A stretch of 64,000 bases of DNA. Origin: Macrostomum lignano. Taxonomy: Eukaryota. The notes under the pieces are model-generated. The model saw nothing but the letters and a program-made list of their open reading frames with translations, was not told where the DNA came from and searched no databases. Positions 34,698-46,864 of this stretch are shown here, piece by piece. Positions within the stretch are counted from its first letter, which is position 1. Each line of letters begins with the position of its first letter. A program made the position numbers and the translations under genes. The stretch covers positions 160,372 to 224,371 of the forward strand of contig NIVC01000301.1 in the NCBI GenBank assembly GCA_002269645.1, given 5' to 3'.

Positions 34698-35349
34698 GGT
34701 GCAGGTTTGGGTGTGGGAAGAGTGCAGGTTTGGGTGTGGGAAGAGTGCAGGTTTGGGTGCGGGAAGAGTGCAGGTTTGGGTGTGGGAAGAGTGCAGGTTT
34801 GGGTGCGGGAAGAGTGCAGGTTTGGGTGTGGGAAGAGTGCAGGTTTGGGTGTGGGAAGAGTGCAGGTTTGGGTGTGGGAAGAGTGCAGGTTTGGGTGTGG
34901 GAAGAGTGCAGGTTTGGGTGTGGGAAGAGTGCAGGTTTGGGTGTGGGAAGAGTGCAGGTTTGGGTGTGGGAAGAGTGCAGGTTTGGGTGTGGGAAGAGTG
35001 CAGGTTTGGAAGAGGGAAGAGTGCAGGTTTGGGTGTGGGAAGAGTGCAGGTTTGGGTGTGGGAAGAGTGCAGGTTTGGGTGTGGGAAGAGGGAAGAGTGC
35101 AGGTTTGGGTGTGGGAAGAGTGCAGGTTTGGGTGTGGGAAGAGTGCAGGTTTGGGTGTGGGAAGAGTGCAGGTTTGGGTGTGGGAAGAGTGCAGGTTTGG
35201 GTGTGGGAAGAGTGCAGGTTTGGGTGTGGGAAGAGTGCAGGTTTGGGTGCGGGAAGAGTGCAGGTTTGGGTGTGGGAAGAGTGCAGGTTTGGGTGTGGGA
35301 AGAGTGCAGGTTTGGGTGTGGGAAGAGTGCAGGTTTGGGTGTGGGAAGA
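34698..35349. repeat. 23-bp minisatellite (GGGTGTGGGAAGAGTGCAGGTTT)n
   Basis: Read directly; lies immediately upstream of the CULT ATG. Confidence 0.95.
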
Positions 35350-35597
35350 TTTGCTAGTAGGAAAATTAAGACAAAAAGTGACTTCAGAAAAATCGGTCAA
35401 GCTGATATTTCATCAAATTGAAAAGTTTATTTAAAACTAGGATTACAGCTATAAAATTGATTATAACAGGCTGTACAATAATAGTTTAACAACTCGATGT
35501 CAGATTCTACACAAAATTGAAATGCCGAAATTAAAAAGCTGAGAAAATAGGTGGTGTGGGTGCAAACGCAGCGGTTCCTAAACTCGCAAAACCTACA

Positions 35598-36219
35598 TGC
35601 CCAAACTCCACAACCCCCAAACTACACAACCCCCCAAACTCCACAACCCGCAAACTCCACAATCCCCAAACTCCACAACCCCCCAAACTCCACAACCCGC
35701 AAACTCCACAATCCCCAAACTCCACAATCCCCCAAACTCCACAATCCCCAAACTCCACAACCCCCCAAACTCCACAACCCCCAAACTCCACAATCCCCAA
35801 ACTCCACAATCTCATAAACTCAACAATCCCCAAACTCCACAATCCCCAAACTCAACAATCCCCAAACTCCACAATCTCATAAACTCAACAATCCCCAAAC
35901 TCCACAATCTCATAAACTCAACAATCCCTAAACTCCACAATCCCCAAACTCCAAAATCCCCAAACCCCACAATCCCCCAAACTCCACAATCTCCAAACTT
36001 CACAACTCCCCAAACCCCACAACCCCCCAAACTCCACAACCCCCAAACTCCACAACCCCCAAACTCCACAACCCCCAAACACCACAATCCCCCAAACTCC
36101 ACAACCCCTAAACTCCACAACCCCCAAACTCCACAACCCCCAAACACCACAATCCCCCAAACTCCACAACCCCCAAACACCACAATCCCCCAAACTCCAC
36201 AACCCCCAAACTCCACAAT
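35598..36219. repeat. Minisatellite (CCCCAAACTCCACAA[T/C])n, reverse complement of the 29152-30598 array
   Basis: Read directly. Confidence 0.93.
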
Positions 36220-36288
36220 CTGGATATTTATCTGACAGCTGTCAAAACGGTGGCTGAAAAAGCGCGGGAGACACAGCCGCCCGCCGCC

Positions 36289-38143
36289 TCACTTCCGCTT
36301 ACGCAGAGCCACATCATAAACCACGTCCTCGACCTTGGCGAGCTCCCTGGCCAGGCGGGCGTCAGCCGAGCCGCAGAGCTCTCCGCCGTCCCGCGCCAGC
36401 AGCCGGAATCCCCGGCGCAGGTCGGTCAGGCAGTCGAGGGCGCGGCCCGGCAGCCTGGCGGAGGCGCCTTCGGCGATGACAGAGCCGACGCTGAGGCGGG
36501 CGAGCTCAGTGGCCAGGCCGAGGAGGCCCTGCAGGTGGTCGGCCAGCGGCAGCCGGGCGTCCCAGGCGTTGCTGGCGTCGGTCAGGCCGAGCTCCGCCGC
36601 CAGCTGGGCGCGGGTGGGTGGCCGGCCGGCTTCCAGAAAGTGCAGCAGCGAAACGGCAAGGGCCAGGCGCTGGCTGGCGCGGCGCCACTGTGGCTGGTGC
36701 CTGGTGGAGGAGTGACGTGTGGGATCTAGGTGGGGATGGATGTGTGGGATCAGGGTGTGGTGATTGATGTGTGGGATCAGGGTGTGGTGATTGATGTGTG
36801 GGATAAGGATGTGGTGATTGATGTGTGGGATAAGGATGTGGTTATTGATGTGTGGGATCAGGGTGTGGTGATTGATGTGTGGGATAAGGATGTGGTGATT
36901 GATGTGTGGGATCAGGGTGTGGTGATTGATGTGTGGGATCAGGGTGTGGGGATTGATGTGTGGGATCAGGGTGTGGTGATTGATGTGTGGGATCAGGGTG
37001 TGGTAATTGATGTGTGGGATCAGGGTGTGGTGATTGATGTGTGGGATCATTGATGTGTGGGATAAGAGTGTGGTGATTGATGTGTGGGATCAGGGTGTGG
37101 GGATTGATTTGTGGGATCAGGGTGTGGTGATTGATGTGTGGGATCAGGGTGTGGTGATTGATGTGTGGGATCAGGGTGTGGTGATTGATGTGTGGGATCA
37201 TTGATGTGTGGGATAAGAGTGTGGTGATTGATGTGTGGGATCAGGGTGTGGGGATTGATGTGTGGGATCAGGGTGTGGGGATTGATGTGTGGGATCAGGG
37301 TGTGGGGATTGGTGTGTGGGATCAGGGTGTGGTGATTGTGGGATCAGGGTGTGGTGATTGATGTATTGGATCAGGGTGTGGTGATTGATGTGTGGGATCA
37401 GGGTGTGGTGATTGATGTATTGGATCAGGGCGTGGTGATTGATGTGTGGGATCAGGGTGTGGGGATTGATGTGTGGGATCAGGGTGTGGGGATTGATGTG
37501 TGGAATCAGGGTGTGGTGATTGATTGGTGTGTGATCAGGGTGTGGTGATTGATGTATTGGATCAGGGTGTGGTGATTGATGTGTGGGATCAGGGTGTGGT
37601 GATTGATGTATTGGATCAGGGTGTGGTGATTGATGTGTGGGATCAGGGTGTGGTGATTGATGTATTGGATCAGGGTGTACGGATCAGAGTGTGATGGTCA
37701 AATTGTGGAAACTGTTTGGAATTGGGACAAATGCTAGAGTCAGGGTACAGACTGAATCGTTTGGTCTCGGGACTGTGTGCAGGAATCAGAAGTAGGAGAT
37801 TTTGGGAATTGTGACCTAAATGCTGGGATAGAGATTACCTCAGCTGCTGGTTTTGTGTGGGGAGCAGCTCGGCAAGAGCAGACAAAGCCAGCCTGCAGTC
37901 ACTGAGGTGCAGTCGGGCAGCTGCACACGGCCCGTCGCTGCCCTTGTTGGCATCCACGCGACTTGATTGTCGTCGGTGAATGGCGCGAAGTGGCAGGAGG
38001 ACGGCAAGGGAGGCGGCATCCAAATTCGCAGCGGCTACTTTGACAGCCTGGTGCAGCTGGTGGTCAGCGTCGAGGCGTTGAGCGATGGATTCAAACTGGC
38101 TAAGAGTTGCAGCCTCACTGGTGTCTCCAGATGCTGACAGCAT
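36289..38143 (-). CDS. TSN: Divergent translin-family protein (238 aa); exons 38143-37839 and 36700-36289
   Basis: FESIAQRLDADHQ...IH; LR|HQPQW; DHLQGLLGLATELARLSVGSV; LRRGFRLL; KVEDVVYDVALR, all matching translin motifs. GT-AG phase-2 intron. Confidence 0.8.
36735..37678. repeat. 27-bp minisatellite (GGGATCAGGGTGTGGTGATTGATGTGT)n in the translin intron
   Basis: Read directly; produces the spurious LIPHINHHT ORFs. Confidence 0.95.
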
Positions 38144-38204
38144 TGCTTGCGACTGCTTCTAAGTCTGAAAATAGTTCAGTTTTGTTGATATGTTTTTGAA
38201 GGGT

Positions 38205-39215
38205 CTATGAAATTTGCTTGCGGAAATTTGCTTGCTGAAGTCTGCTTGCCGAGCTTTGCTTGCAGAATTTTGCTTGCCGAACTCTGCTTGCGGAGTTTTG
38301 CCTGCCGAACTTTGCTTGCCGAGCTTTGCTTGCAGAATTTTGCTTGCCGAACTTTGCTTGCGGAATTTTGCTTGCCGAACTTTGCTTGCGGAATTTTGCT
38401 TGCCGAGATTTGCCAGCCACAGTTTTCTTGCGGAACCTTAGAGAACCTATTATTGAGCTCTTGTATTTCTTGTATTTCTAATTTTTGTTTTCTAAGATTT
38501 GTGGAAGTCGCCTATAGTGTTATGATTTTGTATGAGGATATGGCGGATTTGAAAAGCCCTAATGCAGAACATCGTAAGATAAGATCGTTCTTAGCTCCCA
38601 TCTCCGTAGTGTAAAAGTTCCGAATACGGTCAAACTTATGCTACGACAGCTTTATATTGCGATCCCTAAATTCTTAGAATGAAACTCTATAAGCCTAGTT
38701 TGAAAGCTCAGTGTCAAGTCAGTTTACGTTGATGCTGATAAGAATCCACTTGCAAAGCATCTATAGTAAGTAATAATTGATGGACCAACTTCACAAGCAA
38801 TCAAAACAAGCAAGCAGACAAGAAAATATTCTAATTTGGCAAGTTAAAACCTTGAAATTGTGATTGCAAATTTCTAGGAAGCAGACATCAAAATTCAGCA
38901 AGCAAAGTTCAGCAAGCAAAGTTCCTGCAAGCAAACTTCGGCAAGCAGAATTCGGCAAGCAAAGTTCGGCAAGCAAAGTTCGGCAAGCAAAATTCGGCAA
39001 GCAAAGTTCGGCAAGCAAAGTTCGGCAAGCAAAGTTTGGCTAGCAAAATTTCGCAAGCAAAGCTTGGCAAGCAAAGTTTGGCTAGAAAAATTCTGCAAGC
39101 AAAGTTTGGCAAGCAAAGTTTGGCTAGCAAAATTCTGCAAGCAAAGCTTGGCAAGCAAAGTTCGGCAAGTAAAATTCCTACAAGCAATCTTTGGCAAGCA
39201 AACTTCTCGCAAGCA
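38205..39215. mobile_element. Foldback-like element: two oppositely oriented arrays of ~15-bp TTGCTTGCCGAACTT units around a ~480-bp core
   Basis: 38205-38410 reads TTTGCTTGCCGAAC; 38895-39215 reads GTTCGGCAAGCAAA. Confidence 0.65.
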
Positions 39216-41001
39216 AATGTTGTACTCCTGTTTTTGAATGCTTAAAAGAAATCTGCAATATTATGCAAAATCACAAAAGCATATCATTTGTCTTTAGGCT
39301 TGCACAAACTATATTTAGATAGTTCATATTAATATATTTCTATTATTTTTTATATCTATTAATATATTAACATACTGATTCAAGACAGTGCAGAAGAAAG
39401 ACAAAGTTAAAATAATTGAAATTAGATAAAAAATTTTGAAACTAGACTCTTTTGAAATTTTGACTTCCAAAATTTTTTTGAAATTGAAATTTACTTTTAA
39501 AAATTCCAAAATTTGGAAAATTGAAATCAAAATTAAAATTTTGGAATATCTCTACCCAAAGTGACCTGTCTTTATTTTGTTTTTGCTTTCATTTATAAAT
39601 GCTATGCCAGCACTGGCACAATTTTAAATTTGCAAAATAATTACCCAAAACAAAGTAAAATACTAGACTTCAGAAGTGAGAAGGTTACATATATGCTGGA
39701 AAATTCTAGCGTACAAATGACCCCTTTCAAAGTTGGCGTACAAATTTTGGCGCACAAATTGATGCCATTTTTTGGCATACCAATTTTGGTAAATAAATTC
39801 ATATCATGCATGAAAAATGTAATGCATTTAACATTTTTATATAAAATAAAGGACAATTTGTATAGTCTAAAAAGTCAATGATAAACTTTTTGCTTCTTTA
39901 AAATTAACAATAAATAAAATTAGTATAAATGATTGCTAAGAATGTAATTTTTGCATTATTGTTTCTGTAGGTTTGATTTAACATTTTAAGTTTGTTTAAA
40001 ATTATAATATTTTTAATATTAAAAAAGACTTTTCATCCTTTCTTAGAAAACTCTATTTGTGAAAACTGAATGAACTTTTTAGGAGGAATTTTTGGCATAA
40101 ATTTTAGGGAAACTTTTTGTTTTGGCATACAGTGGCATACATGTAGCTAAGATAGGATTCTTGTTTCAGTGTACACTACTACACAATCTGGACCCTGGGT
40201 AAAATGTTGCCTTATCTGGAATAAACTCATAAAAATCATAAACCATAAGTGGCATCATAAGTTAAACATTGCAAACTTAAAACTTTTTGATATTTATTAA
40301 TATTTGCTAACTCAACTCTTACCTGGGCGAAAATATGAGATATACACTGAATGAATAATTTGACTAATAATATATATCTTATTCTATAATATTATGAAAT
40401 GAATAATAAATTATTAGGAATTAGCGCCAGGACAAATTCGAACATGATGTTCATCAGCAAAGAATGTAAAGAATGTAAGGCAAAAACAGGGGAAGGAAAA
40501 GATACAATACCTCCAAAATTGATAGTGATATGACATTATACGTGGAGAGTGATTGAATGATTATTAAAGCAATTAAAAGTAAGACTGGATACAGTACGAT
40601 ATCTGTCTTACATTTAATCTTACGCATAAAATATTATGATAGGGGTAGATAGATATGGTTAAAACAGAATCCAGAACAGCTAAAATTACAGTATCGATGG
40701 TTGAGGCAAACACGTTCAAAGAAAAACTCAATGCAAGGCTTCTACGAAAAAATCCACTTTAATTTTTATTGTATTATAACACTGTTACCGTAAAAGATGT
40801 CAAATTAAACTGAAAAAGCTGTTTTTAGACCCTAAGCAGTTTTTTCGGAAAAAACATTTTAAGTTTATTTTTTAATTTGCAAAAATATTTTTGTCAGTTT
40901 TGGTTGCTCATCAAATTTTGCAAAACTTTGAAGTAGATTCTATCGTACCTTTTTATCACAATTAAGATTTTTGTAACTCAGCCCCAAATATATCGGTTGG
41001 A

Positions 41002-41817
41002 ATGCAGTCATCAATTGCTGAGGATGATTCCGTTATTGACGGAATACAAAAGTCACTCTTCCATATTGTGGAAGACAAAAATAAAGCTGCTGGAAAGCGA
41101 GACAGTGTTCATCGGGTCGTGTTTGCGATGAGGCTAAATACTTCATCCCAGCCTTTGCAATCGCTATTTCCAGGACTAAGCGTCGAATACAGCAAGCATA
41201 CTCTCAAATCGCTTCTCGGACTTCATTATGATCCTGATGCAAATGGATTCCTGAAGCATGCCACGGCCGGACCAGAAGAAGTCACTGGGCTACTTCTCAT
41301 GTACCCATCCAGCGCTTTGCACATCATCGAGGGGACAACACACGTAATTCGAAAAGTGGTCGAGGAGCTGAACGACTTCACCACAAGAGAAGTTTCACCG
41401 ATTTTGAGAGCCGTTATCCTCAACATTTCCCACAATATCAACCATCGGCTCTTTTCGTTCTGGTCGCACGCCATCCTAGAAGTGGAGCCAGTGAACATTG
41501 ACCTGTTCGAGACTACCGAAAGCGACGAAAACCTGATATCTTCCATCATGACCCAGCTGATTAAGCTGGGTGTGCATTTGAAGAAGGATCCAACCAAAGG
41601 AAAAATGAGTGAGATCATGAAAAAAGTGCGCGAGGATCGACAGGAGCTGGTCCCCGCCCAGGCTGCCGTCGGCTACTTGGCTCAGAACTGCGACAACTCG
41701 TGCCTAATTCACTGCTCCGAGTTCCTGGAGATCTACAAGCGACCTTTCGACGTCAAGCTTGCATCGGATTACGTTTGGCCGCTATTCAGCAACATGTTCT
41801 CTTATACAGAGTCTTGA
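41002..41817 (+). CDS. TEX47: TEX47 (C7orf62)-like protein, single exon
   Basis: VTGLLLMYPSSALHIIEG, ISHNINHRLFSFW and LASDYVWP match recalled TEX47 motifs. Confidence 0.82.
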   Translation: MQSSIAEDDSVIDGIQKSLFHIVEDKNKAAGKRDSVHRVVFAMRLNTSSQPLQSLFPGLSVEYSKHTLKSLLGLHYDPDANGFLKHATAGPEEVTGLLLMYPSSALHIIEGTTHVIRKVVEELNDFTTREVSPILRAVILNISHNINHRLFSFWSHAILEVEPVNIDLFETTESDENLISSIMTQLIKLGVHLKKDPTKGKMSEIMKKVREDRQELVPAQAAVGYLAQNCDNSCLIHCSEFLEIYKRPFDVKLASDYVWPLFSNMFSYTES

Positions 41818-42363
41818 CTTGCTTGATTTTCTTTTTGCTGCTTAGAGCAAAGCTTAAGAAGTGCTTCAGAAGTTTACTAATCTGAGCAAAATTTAAGATA
41901 AAAATTCAATTAAGGCAGATGAGGTTTTGTGAACTTTTTTTGTAAATAGGGGTATGTATAGTGAGTTATTGATTATTTTACTATACATAAATTATATGGA
42001 TGAAGATGCGAGTAGTTTTGTTTAGGAATAAAGAATTTCTCAATAATCCAACCTAGTAGTTTTGATGTCACAATTTGATTTGACTAAGAAAAGCTAAATG
42101 TACCACTAAACCATTGTAACTGTGCCCACTAACTTTTTATGCTTTTTGATAAATTGGAAAGTGACATTTTTCATTTGATTCTCGTTTTTATTTATTTACA
42201 TTAATTTACATTTATTACATTAATTTACATTAATTTCAATTACATTAGTTTTATAGTCTTTGTGTTCAAATAGTACTTTGTTTATCAGCTAGTCTGAGGC
42301 TGGAAACTTCACACCCCATCACGAACCTTTGAGCATTGATTTTCTGGCTTATTGCATGCACTA

Positions 42364-45300
42364 ATGTCCGACCAGGAGGCTGCGGAGACGCCCAAGCAGG
42401 CGGAGCCGGCTGAAACTTCAACTCCCGTACCGGCCACCCCCGCACCCGTCACGACGCTGCAGACTCCGAAATCCGCCAGAGACGACGCCAAATCCGTGGC
42501 CAGCATCCGCTCGGGCAAGTCGCAGCCCCGCAGCGGCCGCTCGGTCGGCTCCGGCGGCAACAAAAGCCAACGCAGCGACAAATCACCAAAGAAGTCGCCA
42601 TCAAAGAAGAAGGCGGCCGCGGTGCACACGCCAGCTACGCCGGCGTCGCAGGCGGAACCGTCGCCGGAGGGCTGCGTGCCAATCTTCCTGCCGGAGCCGA
42701 CGCAAAAAATTGTCGGCCTGGCCGTGCCAGAGGGCGAGGAGCCGCCACAGTCGCCGATGCATTTTGTGCCAAAGCAGGTGCGTGAATCAAGCCAGAGGTT
42801 TGATGTCCGACAGGAATTTGCGGCTTGTTTTAATTTGCATACAAACGAATTGATTTTTGCCTTCTGAACCCCAGGTGATCATGGACGACATTCAAAACCG
42901 AGCGGCCGTGAGCGAGTTCAAAGAGCACCTGAAGACTCTCAACGAGATCGAGACGGAAGACATCCTGCTGGTTGCCGATCCCGATTGGAAGTACGGCGCA
43001 AACTTTCTAATGGTTGTCACCGAGGAGGCTCGCGCAGAGATGCTTGCTGAGCACACAGGAGAAGAGGAGAAAGAGGAAGAGCATGTGGTTCTCGGTGAGT
43101 CTGTCTCCAATTTGCTGTTGCACTCATTGCCCCATAACTTAACTTGGATGCATTTCACAATGTGATGAATAACCGCATTAATCCAATTCAGGCTACGTGC
43201 CGCCCCAGCCTCGGGACTGGATTCCCCAGGGCAGCGACCGCGAGATTCGCGAGGCCTCGGTCTCCAACAGCCGGCCGCAGTTCCGCCTGACCTACCAGCG
43301 CCGGAGGCGCGACTTCGGCGCCCCTGTCAGCCTCGCCGATCGCAACGTGGTAGATGCGGCGCCCTCCAAGTTGGTGAAGAACCAGTTCATCGATGTCCAG
43401 GCGCTGGAGGATGCCAACAGGTCGACAACGGACATTCCGATCACGGAGAAGGACCAGGATGTTCAAGTGGCCCCATCAAGCGACTCTGCAGCCGTGCAAA
43501 CTTTCTGGGGCAACCCGAAGAACGCCTTTACGCAGTACGAGGCTCGCCAGCTCAGCCAGGCAGAGCGGGAGGCGCAGCTGGAGCTGCCGGAGCTCATCGA
43601 AGCTGGACGAAGAACGGCGCCGCTGTTCGAGCAGTCGCTGCAGCAGAACGAAATCATGAACTGCTTCTATGACGACTACACAAATCTCGGTGGCGACGGC
43701 ATCCTCTTCTCTAAGACCGACAACACATTCAAGGAGTTTCAGACCTTCACCGATCTGGAGCACTCGCGCGAGAAGGCTGTTAGCCACATCGCCTGGCACC
43801 CGACACTCAAAGGCATCGTGGCGGTCAGCACGCGCGAGCGATACGACTTTGACGGCATGGTGGACCACTCGGCTAAAATCGTGCTTAAGACGTCCGTCAT
43901 CGTTGTCTGGAGCTTTGCTGATCCAATTCAACCGCAGCTGTTCCTGGAGGCCCCAGAGGATGTTCTTTGCTTTGAGTTCTGCCCATCGGATCCGAATATT
44001 ATTGTCGGTGAGTGACGCTTTGCAGTTTTGAGACCAACGTTAAAGCTCAAACACTCTCTTAAGTATCCTCTGTATTATTGATACGAATATCTATACAGGT
44101 GGCTGCATCAACGGCCAGATTGTCCTGTGGGATCTGTCCCAGCATATGGACAGATTGAAAAGTACCAAAGCCAAAGGCCGTAGCAAGAAGGCGAGCAACA
44201 TGCTCACCGAGTTCGTGAAGACTGACTCGATTCCGACGATCCGGTACGCAGCGGCCAGCAGCATCGAGCTGGGCCACCAGGCCCCCGTCACCGACATCAT
44301 GTGGGTGCCGGACCACTTCGAGATCCAGAAGGTTACAGGCTACGCTCTGGAAGCCAAGGAGTTAAAAAATGTGCAGATAATCTCCTGCGCCACGGACGAG
44401 ACCATCTACATCTGGGATCTGCGCTCCGCTAAGAGCAACAATCCGGTGTTCAAGCGTGAGGAGGACCGCTGCCCAATGGGAGTGCCCGACACTTTCTGGC
44501 ATCTGCACCTCAAATGGAAGCCCTTCCTCAGCGTCAACCTGTTTAAGTCGGAGCCCGGTGGCAATCACAACCCCGTCAAGGTGTCCATGAAGGAGATGCA
44601 GGGCGACAGGTCGGTGCTGACCAAGGAGGATCCGGAGGGCAAGGACCCAACCAGCACCAACCGCGGCGACTTCACCATGCCGGGAGGCCCGAAGCCGACC
44701 AAGCAGAGGATGTTGCAAAAGGTCAGCACCTTCCTCTATGTCGGCACAGAGGACGGCGAGCTGGTCTACGTGGACTGGATGCCGCAGAAGGATCAGGACA
44801 CGGGCAAGTCGCAGACACCCAAGCCCGTGTTCTATTCGACAATGCACGACAGCTCCATCAAGCACTTGTCAAGGTAATTTAAATGAGAATACTTGTTAAA
44901 CTTCTAAGCCAACTCATTATTGCGTGTAATTAATTGTGTCGTAGATGTAATCCTGGGCTCAAATACTCGAATCACAAAACCACCTGCTAGACAGCCGTTG
45001 GATTAAATATGACCAAAAACCTTAGTACCAAATTTATTAAAAAAACATCGGAACCCTGCAGATCGTCATTCGACCGCAGCCTAGTGCTGTGCGTTGGCGG
45101 TTGGCTGTGGACTCTGTGGAAGGAGGGAGTTAACTCCGGACCCATCCTCTACTCGCAAAAGTCGCCAAAGCCGCTAACAGGCGGCTGCTGGAGTCCCACG
45201 AGGCCATCCGTGTTCTTCATCACTAGGGCAGACGGATCGGTTGAAGTCTGGGACTTGCTGGGTGAGTTACCGCGAATGGCTGTTGCCTGTTTTCGGTAGA

Positions 45301-46179
45301 AGAGTAGGTTGCAGTTAGGCTTTATAGGACAGTCGACTCGCAGTCAGCAAGGAGGCGAGCAGTCATGCCCATTCCGCTCACCCTTGAGAACACACGCACA
45401 CGGATGCGTACGCATTTGCGAATTTTGGTTTTAAATTTTTAAATCCAACTAAATGCATGTTTTTTTAAATACAATCAGCAACCGTTGTTAACTGCTGTCC
45501 AGTTTAAGTTTACTAAAGAAGGTCAATTTTTTAACCTACTGGTCACAGGTTAGTAAGGGCACTCCACTGAAACTGATAGAGCAGTCGAATTTTGCATATA
45601 GAAGCCAATAATAGCTAGAACACACCTATTTTTCCGTTCATTAGGCGGCATATATTACATTTTAGCAAGCTTGTTTAATGTTGCTTTCGCATGATTCATA
45701 GCCTCTTCATGTCGCTCCCGTCTGAAACCTGCTCCGCAGACAAAACCCACGAGCCGGTGCTGGTGCAAAACATCTCCGCTAACGCGCTCACCTACTGTAC
45801 CGTGTGGAACATCAGCCACAAGAGGCAGCTACTCATTGTTGGCGACACGCAGGGCACGGCGCACGCACACAAGGTGCCGTTCACCCTGCACACCCCCATG
45901 GCCGGCGAGGCCCCCAGCATCGAGGCCTACTACAAGCGCGAGATTCAACGACGCGCCTTCGTCATGGGCCGCTGGGACTACCGCGAGCACGAGAAGATCG
46001 AGCTGGAGGCCAAGGCCAAGCGCGAGGCGGGCATCGCCCCGGCGGTCGAGCTGACGCCGGAGGAGCGCCTGCTGAAGATGCAGAAGAAGTACGAGGCCTA
46101 CCTGGCCGAGGAGATGACCTTCTTGCGCGAGCTCGGACTCAAGGATGACGATGACGAGCCTCTGCCGGCGGTTGAGTAG
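42364..46179 (+). CDS. DNAI3: Dynein axonemal intermediate chain 3 (WDR63/IC140), 954 aa; exons 42364-42777, 42875-43094, 43192-44007, 44099-44873, 45062-45261, 45740-46179
   Basis: QLFLEAPEDVLCFEFCPSDPNIIVG|GCINGQIVLWD, GHQAPVTDIMW, RSSFDRSLVLCVGGW, WSPTRPSVFFI. All introns are GT-AG; exon lengths sum to 2865 nt in one frame. Confidence 0.92.
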
Positions 46180-46547
46180 CTGCTTTGGTCCTGTTGACCC
46201 AATTATTGATTTTTCTATGTTTATTAGTGAACACGTTTCGATGAATTTTACAGATTCCGACTGAATTCTTCATGCCCTGTTTGCACCCAAATGTTTTTGA
46301 CTAAGTTAACAAGTTACTGAAGTAAAATACACCAATCTTTGCTAATTGTCTGCACTGTTTATTTTATGCGAGAATGGGTATTTAGCGTGAGACGCCAATT
46401 AATTTATTCTTTTATTTCATTTTTTCTGAATGATTTTATTTCAACTTTGTCTACCCAGTAGGATGCAAAACCCACGTTTTCGACCACAAATAAGAATGCT
46501 TTGCTGAAGCTCATGTGTTGATAACAAAGCGTAGTGAGGGTCCCTCT

Positions 46548-46864
46548 CATGGAGGAAAGAATAGAATGGAGTGCTAATCTGAGCCAGTTATTTTTATCTC
46601 GCTCGATTTTCGCTTTTAACATCCCTTTCCCCCCGTTCCTTCCTATTAACTGAAAGCATATTTTGATGCGAGCTCATACTATGCTGGGACAGACCTTTCA
46701 GAGGGGAACGAAAACGAAAACGAGACGAAAGATACTTTGTCTATGGCAGTCACGAGCCAATAGGAAAGAACGGGGGGGGGGGGAAAGGGATGTTAAAAGT
46801 TAAGATCGAGCGAGATAAAAATAACTGGCTCAGATTAGCAATCCATTCTATTCTTTCCTCCATG
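46548..46864. mobile_element. MITE with CATGGAGGAAAGAATAGAATGG termini and an 8-bp TSD GTCCCTCT
   Basis: Inverted arms of ~90 bp; TSD at 46540-46547 and 46865-46872. Confidence 0.9.

Noticed and set aside
26910-39245. Many repetitive ORFs (CPEVPFHT, WSLGIVEFG, PKLHNPQTP, LIPHINHHT, LLAELCLPNFAC)
   Set aside because: Translations of intronic or intergenic minisatellites, open in several frames and both strands.
39300-40980. AT-rich region with short ORFs
   Set aside because: No recognisable coding or RNA motif; treated as intergenic sequence between divergent genes.
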